In this document: positions 53,101-64,000 of the stretch, piece after piece
Layout: each line of letters opens with the position of its first letter
Position numbering within the stretch: position 1 is the stretch's first letter
NCBI GenBank assembly: GCA_051362555.1
Contig: CM120649.1
Coordinates: forward strand, 17,746,567-17,810,566
Direction of reading: 5' to 3'
DNA: 64,000 nucleotides
Source of the DNA: Lingula anatina
Taxonomy: Eukaryota > Animalia > Brachiopoda
Program-made: the position numbers and the translations under genes
Notes under the pieces: generated by a model
Database searches by the model: none
Seen by the model: the letters and a program-made list of their open reading frames with translations, nothing else
Told to the model about the DNA's origin: nothing

Positions 53101-55527
53101 CTTGCCAACTGGTATTATTTGGTAAAGAGGGAGAGAGTATAAATCTGTAGTTTTGAAATTTGTAACCCTTTAATGACTTTTTCAATCTAGAAGCAGTTCC
53201 ATATCTCAGAAAAATAAGAGAATATATGCCTGCAGGCCACAGAGAGTTTCTGTACGCCATAGAAAACGGACCTTCTCTCAGAAATCACGGTGGGTGGAAT
53301 AAACCTTAAATTAGCACGTGTCATTATTGGCCAGCTAGCTTGTAACCGGCCGATGTGGCAAATAAGGTATCCACCAGAGCTTGCCAGTGTTGTCTGTCTG
53401 CTACATAAACCCTCAAGCTGTCCCCACGTCCATCCTTGTTGTTTCATCTTCTCCTCAACGCATCGTTTCCATGGGTGCATTTCCAGAGATTTAGGCTTCG
53501 TTCACATGGGCGCTATTTCCTAAAAATCTATTTTCTATTCGCGGTATATCTTGTGATCACGGACTGTGCCCTGAATATCCAGCGGCGTAATTTGCTGGCA
53601 GCGCGAGCCAGTTACTTCCAAAGCTGTAATTAATTCTCGGCTGTGCTCGGAGAAAATTCTGCTACCTTGACGCATGCGCAGTAGGAAGTTAGAAAGTTAA
53701 AAGCGGTCGCGGTTGCTTTGAAAAATGTGTTTGTCGATTTTGTGCAACAACAAGACGAAGAAGATGAAGAAGCTATACACACGACAGATATGAGTGCAAC
53801 CGCCATGATCCGATGGCGAGCGATGCGGCAACAGAGGATGAGATTTTATAGAATGCGAACACAGCCGATAATTAATTACAGCTTTGTATAAGTAACTGGC
53901 TCGCGCTGCCAGTAATTACGCCGCGGGATATTCAGGGCACAGACCGTGATCATAAAATAGAAAATAGATTTTTAGAAAATAGACTTTCCATGTGAACGAA
54001 GCCTTAGATCGATCCAGAGATTAAGATTTAGATCGACCTAACTCCCTGGGGGTTCACGCTAAATTACAGTCAGCCGAGCGCGCACCATAGTTAATGACCT
54101 CCTTACAGCTTTTAGTAAGCGGGACAGACGCTTAAGCCGGCTAAGCTGACAGTAATCTAGTGACACTCCCCACAGGGATAGATCGATTTAAAATCTATAG
54201 GAATGGGGTCCATGTTTCTTTCGATCTTCCTCTGTTTTTTTTTTATTCCCCCCGGTGCCCATCTGAATGCTTCTGTTGGAATTGCCGTTTTCTCCATCCT
54301 GCTTACATGCCCAATCCACCTCCATTCTACCGCCTTTTTTTTTTTTTTTTTTTTTGCTGTTGCAATTGATTCTGTGTTTGTTCTGCAACGTTATTCCTCA
54401 TTGTAAATAAAATTGGAGTTAAATATATGGTTCGATAAATATTTGATTATTGCTCCTTTTAGTGAGACTATCTCGCGACGATGGTGTACGGAAAGCATAC
54501 AACAAATGCATCCAAGCACTTACCGAGTTTCGATCATACCACTTTACGGTTACTGTTAAGTAGGTATCAGGCCTTACTTGAATATTAAATATTTAAAACC
54601 AACCGTTTCATTTATTGTAAAGTCAAATAAGATCACGTGGAAGTCAGTCTGAATCATTTTCATTGATGAAAAAATCGTGAGGGTAGTTAGCGAAAACAGC
54701 GGCCAGATAGGAGTGGTCACATTCTTCATTCTCTGATATTCCTTAAAAGTGATTCACAATATAAGATTCGAATCAATAACTTGATCTCGACTTAACAACG
54801 TACACAGTTGAAAATTGAAACAAATCCACTTTTAAACTGACTTTAGATAAAAAAGAAGGGGAAATCTCAATATGATTCAAAAGCTTTGCCCCATTTAGCA
54901 AAGGGTTTCGTCAGCTATGTTATGTTTACATAATTAATTATAATTATAACAGTTATTGTAACGTATCACTTTATCACATTTGTAGATATGTTTTACTGCA
55001 GTCGTACAAGAAAAATGGAAAGTCTAGTAATAATACGGACGCCCAAGGGGCAGGCGGGACATGTAAGTAAATTGAATGGAAACGTAAACAACGCTCATGC
55101 TGAACAAATAATAAACAGAGTAATACTTCATACAAGATGACAGATATTATCATTCATGTATTCTTTGAACTAGAGAAAAAAAAGCGGCTGGGCTGGTGCA
55201 ATGTCTTTAGTATTTTCTTCCCCATTCTTTTTACACTTTTTCATGAAGGCTTTTGATATTGACGACAGAGGATCTTGGTTGAATACAGTAACATAGCTAT
55301 TTGGAACCTACTTGTTTTCAGATTTGGTCTCCTTCCTGAAATCGACTCGCGACCAGACAGCCAGATGTTTTCTTGGCGACAGAGAGACAGGACAAATGAA
55401 ATGGCAGGCAGACGACATGGATTTAGAAGGCCTGAAAATGAAAGAAAGTTCGTCTCTTCTACACCCCGGGACCAACCTCATCGTCAAATCAAAATCAGAT
55501 CAAGAGATTTTTAAAGAAGACCATTAA
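47108..55527 (+). CDS. IDO: IDO family protein, copy 3, 13 coding exons, ~445 aa (choice of first exon uncertain)
   Basis: Exons 47108-47209 (alternative 43981-44055), 49340-49435, 49658-49780, 49992-50113, 50593-50692, 51076-51193, 51873-51924, 52186-52255, 52788-52863, 53191-53289, 54463-54559, 54986-55062, 55322-55527. Open frame with canonical GGSAAQSS and RSYH. Confidence 0.9.
53473..54210 (+). mobile_element. MITE family A interrupted by a nested family-B element
   Basis: Paralog of the 31932 insertion (TSD CAT), split by 53494-54003. Confidence 0.8.
53494..54003. mobile_element. MITE family B, longer copy
   Basis: GGCTTCGTTCACATGG…CCATGTGAACGAAGCC, TSD TTA; arms match 26687-26935. 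Confidence 0.85.
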
Positions 55528-57499
55528 AAGTCAAATTTATTTGTTTTGAGATAGAAAACATCCACCGAAAATTAATTCATTAACAGTTCATTATACCCCG
55601 TAAGCAAAAAATTCCAGGCCCGTAGCCAGCAATCTCAGAGGGGGGGGGGGTCGTTTTCTGAAAAAGTGGACCTTTTAACGTAAAATCCAAAAGTACATAG
55701 ATCAAATTTTACCCAGAGTGGACCTTTTCCCAGCAATAAGGGTGGTTCTTTCGAACCCCCCGACCACCCCCCCCCCTCGGCTACGGGCCTGAATTCTGAA
55801 CCTAAAAGGCAATAGACTTTTGCATGTGTTTTCAGCAGATATTTACTGAGTTTGTCATTTCCTTATTCATCGTACCACGTCAAGTAAAGTTACAAATGAA
55901 ACATTCTGATGACATACATTAGTGATGGCTAATGTCCACGGAGTGATTTGCATGCGTTACATCTGCGCTCGCTTATTGTGTATAACTTTAAAACTATCGT
56001 AATTGTTGCAAATAGAGATGCTTGAATTGATAATTGAATTTGACCATAGAATTTGATCTCAAAAATATATATCTTCGCAACTATATATGGGGATCTTTGG
56101 ATAAGAATCGTAGAAGTGTACGTGACAAGCATCATACCTGAGCATATGTCCGTGGTCCTTGTGATAATGCTCACATTGACACAAAAGAAATGTTCTTTTA
56201 ATTGTGCAAATCCTACATAAACGTTCACATGGAACTAAAGAAGTATACAGATTAAACATTTCGAGCAAGCTTAGTTTGCATCATATGAAAGTGGAGGGCA
56301 CCGTATCAGCGGTACGTAATCAATCTCAAACCATTGTAACTAATAATCAAAACCAATATAGTCTACGTAATTTGTATTTAAGAAAAATCTATGTAAATCA
56401 TGTAATCGATACTGATGCACCGCAGTAGGAGCACAATACACTGTTGAATTTATACACATTGTAATTAACCCTTAATAGTTATGATAATTGATGTAAGCTT
56501 TTAAGATATAATCAGACACAATTTAAATTAAAATTCACTTTAAAATGCAATCTGTAACTGATGGAAAATAGTATGTTAATTTTAAATCTTCAATCTGTAA
56601 GCTAGAAAAGATAATTCTGTGCACTCTGTAATTGATGGACGCTATCAAATGTATGTACAAGTAAGTTATATATAGAAGCGGGGCAGCTAGCATGTCATTT
56701 ATGGAAGTTAATTTTAAATGGAAATTTAGATAAAGTATAAAACAGGTGACAGAGAGAGACACATGGAGAAAGAAAATACATAGAGAGACAGCGAGATAGA
56801 AAGATACACATACAAAGAGTCACAGTTATATGCACTTAAATATTTATTCTGTGGAGAACAATACCATAGAAACTATGGATATAAATTATGTACCTGTACG
56901 TAAGAGAAAGAGCGCAAGGGCAGAATGGAGACCATCCGTGACAGCCAAAAGTCTCACAATGTCGCGGGATTATGAGGAGATTCGCTCTGCTCAGATATAA
57001 ATGCAGATTAATTCAGAGCATTTTTGATAATGACAGAACAAAGAAGTGGATAGAGAAGGCGTCTCGCCTACGTACTGTGAGATCATTAGGTAACTGTGTG
57101 TAAAGGATGTCAGTGGGTACACAGAAAAGGCATTCTAAGTCTCTAGGTATCTATGTACCGAGGACATTATATGGAACCCCGAAAAGGGCATTCAGTGATT
57201 AAAACGATTGAGGTGTGTCCCCTCTAATCGTGGACCAAGGTAGACAAGGCAATGTAGTGGAACTGCCTGTCGGGAGAAACGCGGGATGGACTGGTTGCAG
57301 AGATAGCTCTTCGGTCAACAAGTGACCTTCAGCAAGTCCAAGGGAAAAATAAAAAAGGGGGAAATGGGGTGGTCGGTTAACAAAGATGTCTCGCCTTTGT
57401 CCGGTGATTTTTCATCAATGGCATCTCACCATTGTGAATGTTACAAACCACCTCGGTTTTTTTTTGTATCATGCTTGATCACAAGTGTCCCGCTTGTGT
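55528..57499 (+). repeat. Segmental duplicate of the copy-1 3' flank (33446-35555)
   Basis: Colinear matches such as GAAGTGTACGTGACAAGCATCATACCT (34237 / 56113) and GGCATCTCACCATTGTGAATG (35479 / 57420). Confidence 0.85.
55615..55791. mobile_element. MITE with CAGGCCCGTAGCC TIR and 5-bp TSD
   Basis: TSD AATTC; absent from the paralogous 3' flanks at ~33545, ~42870 and ~58080. Confidence 0.8.
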
Positions 57500-57798
57500 T
57501 AAATGTGGTTAAAATTTGAATGTGTACAACAAATTAGCAGATGTATTGGATATGAGAAGTTGGTAGAGGGTTATAGTTTGAGAGTGGGTGAAGGACAGTT
57601 AGTGCGTGGTATGTACGCATACTGCGACGCAGACAGGCATACAGCAGCTCATAGCAAGGGTTAACGAAATAAAATAATTTGAATTTGATGCGGTGTTTGG
57701 GTGTTTTCGTTGCGAGTTATTAGACAATAAATGATTTATATACGATTAAGTGAAACGAATAAGAATATAAAGTTATTTATAATTGACCTTATTTTCAG

Positions 57799-58004
57799 AT
57801 TTGGTCTCTTTCCTGAAATCGACTCGAGACCACACAGCCAAGTGTTTCCTTGGCGACCGCGAGACAGATCACGTGACATGGCAGGCAAACGACACAGCTT
57901 TAGTAGGCTTGAAAATGGTAGAAAGTCCGTCTCTTCTACACCCCTGGACCAACCGTATCGTCAGCTCAAAAACGAATCAAGGGATCTTTAAAGAAGGACA
58001 CTAA
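57799..58004 (+). pseudogene. Orphan IDO terminal exon (copy-2 type), remnant of a deleted copy
   Basis: The acceptor AATTGACCTTATTTTCAG is identical to 42581-42598. The frame is open (LVSFLKSTRDHTAKCFLGDRETDHVTW…EGH*). No exons 1-12 lie between 55527 and here. Confidence 0.8.
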
Positions 58005-58587
58005 AATAAAATTTATGGGCTCTGAGATAGAAAACATCCGTCGGACATTAGGTCATAAGCAGTTTATCATACCCCGTAGGCAAAAAAATTCTGTTTTAAA
58101 ACACTTGATTTGTGTTTACGTTTAGAGCTGATTTTTTTACCGAGTACGTACTGAGTACGTAACTTCCTTATTCATCGTTCCACGTCAAGTAAATTTCCAA
58201 GTGAAGCGTTTTGCTGTCATACGTTTTATAATACCTGCGAATAAAAATTTTCCTGATGTACATGGCGTTCGAACACAAGTTATTTTACTTTTAAATGAAA
58301 TTTTAGACCAGTGATAATTGACACAATTGACTTTTTAGGGTAACTGAATGTGGCCCATTTGGCTACTTGCAGGCGCATGCTGCGCAGATCTCGATGGGCT
58401 TCAGAAATGAAAAAATGAAAAAAAATAATGTTTACATTTTGGACTAGACGAACAGGTTCTAAGCATGCCCCCATCACAGAGAAGATGACGCTTATTTAAA
58501 TGATTACCAAAAGTTCCTAATTACGCCTCACTGTAGTACACTGATCAATAATTCGGATTATCATTTTTATTTCAAGTCGGTTGCTTA

Positions 58588-59091
58588 AGGGGCCCGCACA
58601 CGGTGAGCATTTGGCGCGCGCCACTTGCGCTGCGCCGTTTTCTCATCGTGTGCGGGGGTATTTTGGTGAGATTTTTGCCTCTCGCGCGGCTGAGCAAAAT
58701 TTCTCACGTGTTTGATTTTTTTGGTCTCTTGAGGCAAATGTCTCAGCGTGTGCGGGGTGCAAGCGCCGATTGCTCACGCCATGCTAACAATGCGCATGTG
58801 CCAGTAGCCGGAAACAAACAAAAATGGCAGCCCCCAGCGAAGTCAACAAAAATGTACACAGTTATAGTTAGTCTGATTGATTAACGTGGTCACCATTATC
58901 CATTACTATCAGAAAAAACAACAATATGTAATGTTTCCTTAAACACATGATCCCACAGTTCGTCCGCTAGGGGCAGGCCGGGAGGCACCTCTGCTGAGCA
59001 AAGAGCGCAGCGTTTGCGGGGAGCTGAGGAGCCCGAGCATCTGGCTCAGCGCAAGTGGCTCGCGCCAATTGCTTACCGTGTGCGGGGTGCT
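58588..59091. mobile_element. GC-rich Harbinger-like MITE (TTA TSD)
   Basis: TIR CCCGCACACGGTGAGCATTTGGCGCGCGCCACTTGCGCTG versus CAGCGCAAGTGGCTCGCGCCAATTGCTTACCGTGTGCGGG; empty site TTGCTTATTGCAA at ~43358-43370. Confidence 0.85.
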
Positions 59092-59682
59092 TTATTGCAA
59101 AACAGTAGAATTTCGTTTATGCTGAGAAATGTTCACAAACACAAAGAAGCTATGTTTTCTTTAAAACTAAATGAGACTAAGGTCTTTATGACTTAAAAGA
59201 AAAATGACAATGGATTCCCGCCTCCCGCGCGCGGCGTCCCAGCAGGGGCGGAGTAATAAAATCTCGGAACGCTTTCAAGTGAGCGGCGCCATATTTGATC
59301 CGAAAAGAAACTCACATAAAAAACAAGCTGAGTCTCGACCCGTATACATTTGTCCCATTTATGCCTGCCTATTCATACTTCCCCTGCATGACTACAAGGG
59401 ATGTTTGACATATATTATATCCATATGCAATCATGACATTTTCACGAAACTGAGGGTCCGTGTGACAGAAAGTCTGCCAACCAAATAGTTATAATGGTTA
59501 GGGTTAGTCTGACCTAAGTGGGTAAAAATCTAGGGTGAGGCTCATCTGTACAAAGTAAAAGGAAGCGGACTCTGTGTCACGGGGACATTCTGGTACATGA
59601 CACCTGTGTCAACACGGCATTTTAACTGATAACAGCACACTAGTCAACTGGGCATCAACTGGGTATCCTGAAAACTGATAGA

Positions 59683-59758
59683 ATGGATGACTGGTGGAAA
59701 CGTTTGGAGGTCTTCCGCGTGTCGGAAAAGGTTGGGTTTTTTAGTTGAAAATCCATTG
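59683..59758 (+). pseudogene. IDO exon-1 copy with +1 frameshift
   Basis: Paralog of 43981. It reads GTT GGG TTT TTT AGT TGA, so an extra T in the T-run gives a stop before the donor. Confidence 0.7.
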
Positions 59759-60319
59759 GTAAGTTTAACCTGTTGGTAGTTAAAATAAGTCATTAGAAAA
59801 TCAATTTGTTGCAGGGCTATGTTTATTGTCCTTTAGTTCGTTAGATAGTCCAGCAGGTCTTTGTGATTTTTAATCATAGTTTGTCATGATAAAAACGATA
59901 ATAGAAGATAGAGGTCGTTTCCTTAATGGGCCAATTTTGTGATGGGCACGGTGTTTAGTGGTTCTTAATTGACCACTGCGTTCCTTAACAGAGGTCATTG
60001 AACTGCGACACGATGTAAAAAAAAACGTTAATGTTATCTGGTTGCAAATTGACCTTATACATGTACCCACAGTTAATATGTGTTTACTTATCTTTGCTTT
60101 TTTTTTGCTATTGGCACCAAAATGTACCCCAAACCACCAACCCACACCAACTGCCCTCCTTTTGTGGGCAGCAGCTGTCGTAATCTTCTTGATAATTTTG
60201 CAGATGTTTTTAGGTTGTCCCGAGTGGACAGCAACACCCCTCTATGGTGGTCGCTCGTAATCTGTATTAACCATGTCTCCATGCGACCGTCCTTGCCCCA
60301 TTGGCTACACAATGCCTAT

Positions 60320-60865
60320 GAGCGGATTCTCAACGAATTAAGCCAGGCTTTACAAAGCCGGTGACCTAAAAATGGCGGACGTACATGAAAGAAAAACCGC
60401 CTAATCTTTTAATAGTCTCTCCGCCTCTCACACGCCTCCCTACACGTCGTCCCTGCGGGGTACAGTAATTAAATCTCGGCTCTGAACATTAATATTTCCG
60501 TGAATATCTCTGGTGATATTATCTCCGTAGATAGTCGATTCATTGCTGCTCTAAGGGCCAAATTATTCCTTTTTCGTCTCTGTTTTCAAAGATAATAGAA
60601 GAGAAGAGCTTTTTCCTTCGATCGCCTTCAGCCGCCATGCTTTTTTTCACCACGAGTTTAACTGATGAGCATGCGCACTTAATATTTCTCAGGTAGCTTC
60701 CGCATGGCGAACGGAGACGCGATTTAATTACTGTACCCAGCAGGGACGACGTGTGGGGAGGCGGAGAGACTATTAAAAGATTAGGCGGTTTTTCTTTCAT
60801 GTACGTCCGCCATTTTTAGGTCACCGGCTTTGTAAAGCCTGGCTTAATTCGTTGAGAATGCGCTC
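60320..60865. mobile_element. Foldback-type non-autonomous element with long (~150 bp) inverted arms
   Basis: ATTCTCAACGAATTAAGCCAGGCTTTACAAAGCCGGTGACCTAAAAATGGCGGAC… is mirrored at 60716-60865. Absent from the paralogous site GCCTTAATGAC (~44611). The TSD is ambiguous (TA or TTA). Confidence 0.85.
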
Positions 60866-61256
60866 TTAATGACGGGCGCGGTATACACACTAAGTACTGG
60901 CGTACTGTATAGTAGTGTTTTGCCATACAACTACAGGCGGACTTAATGTTAAAATTAATGAAACTTAATCTTTGGGATATAGTATGGGAAATTTTAGAGA
61001 AGTGATAAAATTTATTGCCGTAATGCATGTACCAGTACAATATTCGATTATGCACATACAGTATTATTACGTGTATATTATGTGTGTAGTTCTTTGTATG
61101 TATTTTTTTTTTTACTTCTTTCATCTTTGAGGTGGTAAATAAATAAATGAATAAGTAAATAAATAAATTGTAAGGCCGAAAGCCTGGGTGTTTACTTGAG
61201 CTATAACACGACATTATAACGAATAAATGAAAAAATGCGCTCACTAGATACACCAG

Positions 61257-61922
61257 TGCGGTGGCCCACAAGTGCACTCCAAATTCCAAACGACACTCCC
61301 AATTCTAAACCTCACACAGAATACTTAAACTTCACTCTCAGTTCTTAAACATCACTCCGAATTCGTAAACCCCACTCCGAATTCGTAAACCTCACTCCAA
61401 ATGATTGAAAAAGCTCACTCCGAATTCGCAAACCTCACTCCGAATTCGTAAACCTCACTCCGAATTCAAAAAGCTCACTCCCAATTCCACTATGCCAATT
61501 CTCATCAAAGTTCTCTTCGAGAAATCTTATGAAACAGTAATTCGTCTGGGACAAATAATTTTTTTTAGCTGGCGCTTCCAGTGAAAGGTTCGAGAGAGTT
61601 TTAGCAAACAGTGCAAATTGTGTTACATTTTGGTTTGCGTGATACATACAATGTACCTTACGAAAATAAACCAACAGTTTACGTCACAAGGTCAATTGAC
61701 TTCTCCAGCTATTTTCAGTATTTTTCACAATTACACACACACACATACACACACTCTCTCTCGCCAGGGACACAAATTGGGGGCAAGAAGCAATTTACAG
61801 GTTTACCATTATAAATAAAAGGACAAATTAAGTGACACTGCTCCCAATTTTCTCAACATAGGATTGATACTACTAATAATCCATACATGTCAGGGGTGGA
61901 TCCAGGATTATTTGAAGGGGGA

Positions 61923-61970
<48 letters not shown>

Positions 61971-63171
61971 GAATGGCAGGCTGCACATGCAGAGCTGCCC
62001 CCCCCCCCCTTATAGGGCGAACAGTGCTATTTTAGAACTATTATTCAAAATTCTAATTTTAACATTGGTGTGATTTTTTTTTTACAGAATTCAAAAGGGG
62101 GGTCAAGACCCCCCTCACACGCCTCCCCCCCCATCCACCACTGCATGTTATTCATTCGAAATCGATTAATAAAGTGTAATTAATCTGATTAATTTCAATT
62201 ATTAGATTATCTATGATCTTATATGAATATTTCAGCTGCAAAAGAGTGAGGGGCTACTAATTACTATTATCAAGTATACTCGGTTATATAACAGGTACAT
62301 GTGTAGGCCTACAGTATATGATAATACGGATTGTTTTGCCCATTTATAAATAATACAAGCCATTGTCGACACCCTGAAACATGTTATCTGTATTAAACAT
62401 TCATTTCAAAATAATCATGTGAAAATGCTTGAAGTTGTAAATAATAAATAACGCACGTTTATTTACATACATGTAGTGCATAAATCTGTTCCTTCCAACG
62501 CTGTTTCAACTGTTCTCATATTCATAATACATGTATAATTCCTTAAAACGACACACACAAGAAAACACGTAAACATAATATATTTTAATTGTGACTTGCT
62601 CTTAAGTACATGTATGTTTATCCCTATTTTCTTCATTTCTTCTATTTCCTTGAGCTTAAAAGGGTCATACGTCTACGTCATCATTTTGTGAATGGGAATA
62701 CAGCGCACTAAGTAGTATGAAAAATAACTAGTTTTCACACGAAGCCCTCTATTGGCAAAATCCCCTAGCCCATCTTAGAATATTACTTCCGAATTAATAC
62801 GGCAGTGAACGGGGTTAAAATATGAATTCGGAGTGAGGTTTACGAATTCGGAGTGAGCTTTTTCAATTCGGAGTGAGGTTTACGAATTCGGAGTGAGGTT
62901 TACGAATTCGGAGTGAGCTTTTTCAATTCGGAGTGGGGTTTACGAATTCGGAGTGAGGTTTGCGAATTCGGAGTGAGCTTTTTCAATTTGGAGTGAGGTT
63001 TACGAATTCGGAGTGGGGTTTACGAATTCGGAGTGAGGTTTGCGAATTCGGAGTGAGCTTTTTCAATTTGGAGTGAGGTTTAAGAATTGAGAGTGAAGTT
63101 TAAGTATTCGGTGTGAGGTTTAGAATTGGGAGTGTCGTTTGGAATTTGGAGTGCACTTGTGGGCCACCGTA
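61257..63171. mobile_element. ~1.9 kb non-autonomous TIR element with 6-bp TSD (IS3EU-like termini) and subterminal ~20-bp tandem repeats
   Basis: TGCGGTGGCCCACAAGTGCACTCCAAATTCC…GGAATTTGGAGTGCACTTGTGGGCCACCGTA with TSD CACCAG on both sides and a single CACCAG at the empty site (~44982). CTCACTCCGAATTCGTAAAC-type arrays at ~61340-61490 and inverted at ~62824-63120. Confidence 0.8.
61891..62143. mobile_element. MITE with CAGGGGTGGAT TIR and 5-bp TSD, nested in the 1.9-kb element
   Basis: CAGGGGTGGATCC…ATCCACCACTG, TSD CATGT. Confidence 0.7.
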
Positions 63172-63906
63172 CACCAGGTTCTCTTTTCTTTTCAAATTAC
63201 GCACGCTACATGTATCATTCATTTTACGAACAGAAAAAGCAAACTGTACTTAGTAAGCTAAGAGTAAGAAGGTATAATTTTATGTTAGAATGCTGCCCTC
63301 ATTTCAGTCGGGATTCAGCGTTGAAACTACTTAGTTGTAAAAGGATTAACGGGGAATCTTTTCAGTGTCGATGCAAACAGAGGTCAATTCTTTCCTTGAA
63401 AGTCTTTTAACTGAGAAAACCGCACGAGTCCCTGAGTGTCATGTGTAATTCAGCCGTACATGCTGAAAAAAAAAAATAAATTTAAAATATATAAAAAAAT
63501 AATGGGGTCAGCTTTGGCCATGGGTGAATTACTGTGGCCGTTTGAAAAGGAGAAATAAATTAACTTTAATCTTTAACTTTTGACCAAAAATCTGATCTAT
63601 TTTAGTTCAAGGCTAACCTGTAATAATCTTTGAGACTTTTGTCGCCCAACAGTTTGTTCATGAACGCGTTACTGCTTGTCGGAAAGTATTGAATACGTCA
63701 TTCTTCAGTGCTCCTCATGCCGCGCAAATGACGTCATCAATGTTTCCTTCTGGATCAGTTTCGTTACACGAGTGGACGTTGGTTTGGGCATACATATATA
63801 TGTACATGTACAAGCATGTTATGGCAAGGAGTAGTTTGGTTTTAAATGATTACAGCACGTTTAAAAGAACGAATAGAGTGTAGAAATTGGCTCGAAAATT
63901 CATAGT

Positions 63907-63981
63907 ATGGATGAGTGGTGGAAACGTTTGCAGGACTTCCGTGTGTCGGAGAAGGTTGGGTTTTTGGTAGAAAATCCATTG
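63907..63981 (+). CDS. IDO: IDO exon-1 (MDEWWKRLQDFRVSEKVGFLVENPL); probable start of a further copy beyond the window
   Basis: Intact ATG, open frame and GTAAGT donor. The upstream flank is paralogous to 45370-45800. Confidence 0.75.
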
Positions 63982-64000
63982 GTAAGTTAGATATTGGCTA

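Larger units (their letters stand above)
53337..54405 (-). mobile_element. Paralogous RTE LINE fragment in copy-3 intron 10
   Basis: Same sequence and position as in copy-1 intron 10 (WKRCVEEKMKQQGWTWGQLE), more decayed. Confidence 0.75.
57766..64000 (+). repeat. Segmental duplicate of the copy-2 terminal exon and 3' flank (42565-45900), with extra insertions
   Basis: Colinear matches such as TTAGACCAGTGATAATTGACACAATTGACT, TTCACGAAACTGAGGGTCCGTGTGACAGAAAGTCTG and TTTAGTTCAAGGCTAACC. Confidence 0.85.

Noticed and set aside
60816-61289. Longest ORF in the track (157 aa, minus strand)
   Set aside because: It spans two transposon edges and AT-rich spacer, has no recognisable domain, and is not evident in the paralogous segment near 44.6-45.0 kb.
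62824-63120. ~20-bp repeat array resembling a CRISPR
   Set aside because: There are no unique spacers or cas genes, the context is eukaryotic, and the array is mirrored at 61340-61490 as a transposon subterminal repeat.

Overview
AT-rich, intron-containing animal genomic DNA; the IDO paralogs suggest a mollusc or other lophotrochozoan, which is an inference. The ORF track is mostly noise, so genes were rebuilt exon by exon from splice sites. (1) 1-12.7 kb is non-coding and repeat-rich, probably the long 5' introns of a minus-strand gene starting at a bidirectional promoter near 12.7 kb. (2) 13.4-23.4 kb (+) holds a 24-coding-exon FIRRM/C1orf112 ortholog (~909 aa) whose first coding intron is U12-type. 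(3) 24.4-64 kb (+) is a tandem array of indoleamine 2,3-dioxygenase (IDO)/IDO-like-myoglobin genes: three intact 13-coding-exon copies, one orphan terminal exon, and seven exon-1 copies in total, the last probably starting another gene beyond the window. All three proteins keep the heme ligand and Arg231 equivalents but replace the Thr of the substrate-binding GTGG loop (GAGG/GVGG). They also differ at other pocket positions and share a ~45-55 aa C-terminal extension containing an ExxxLL motif. The array looks like a higher-order [A,B] repeat with gene-conversion mosaicism and many MITE insertions whose empty sites can be read in the paralogous copies.
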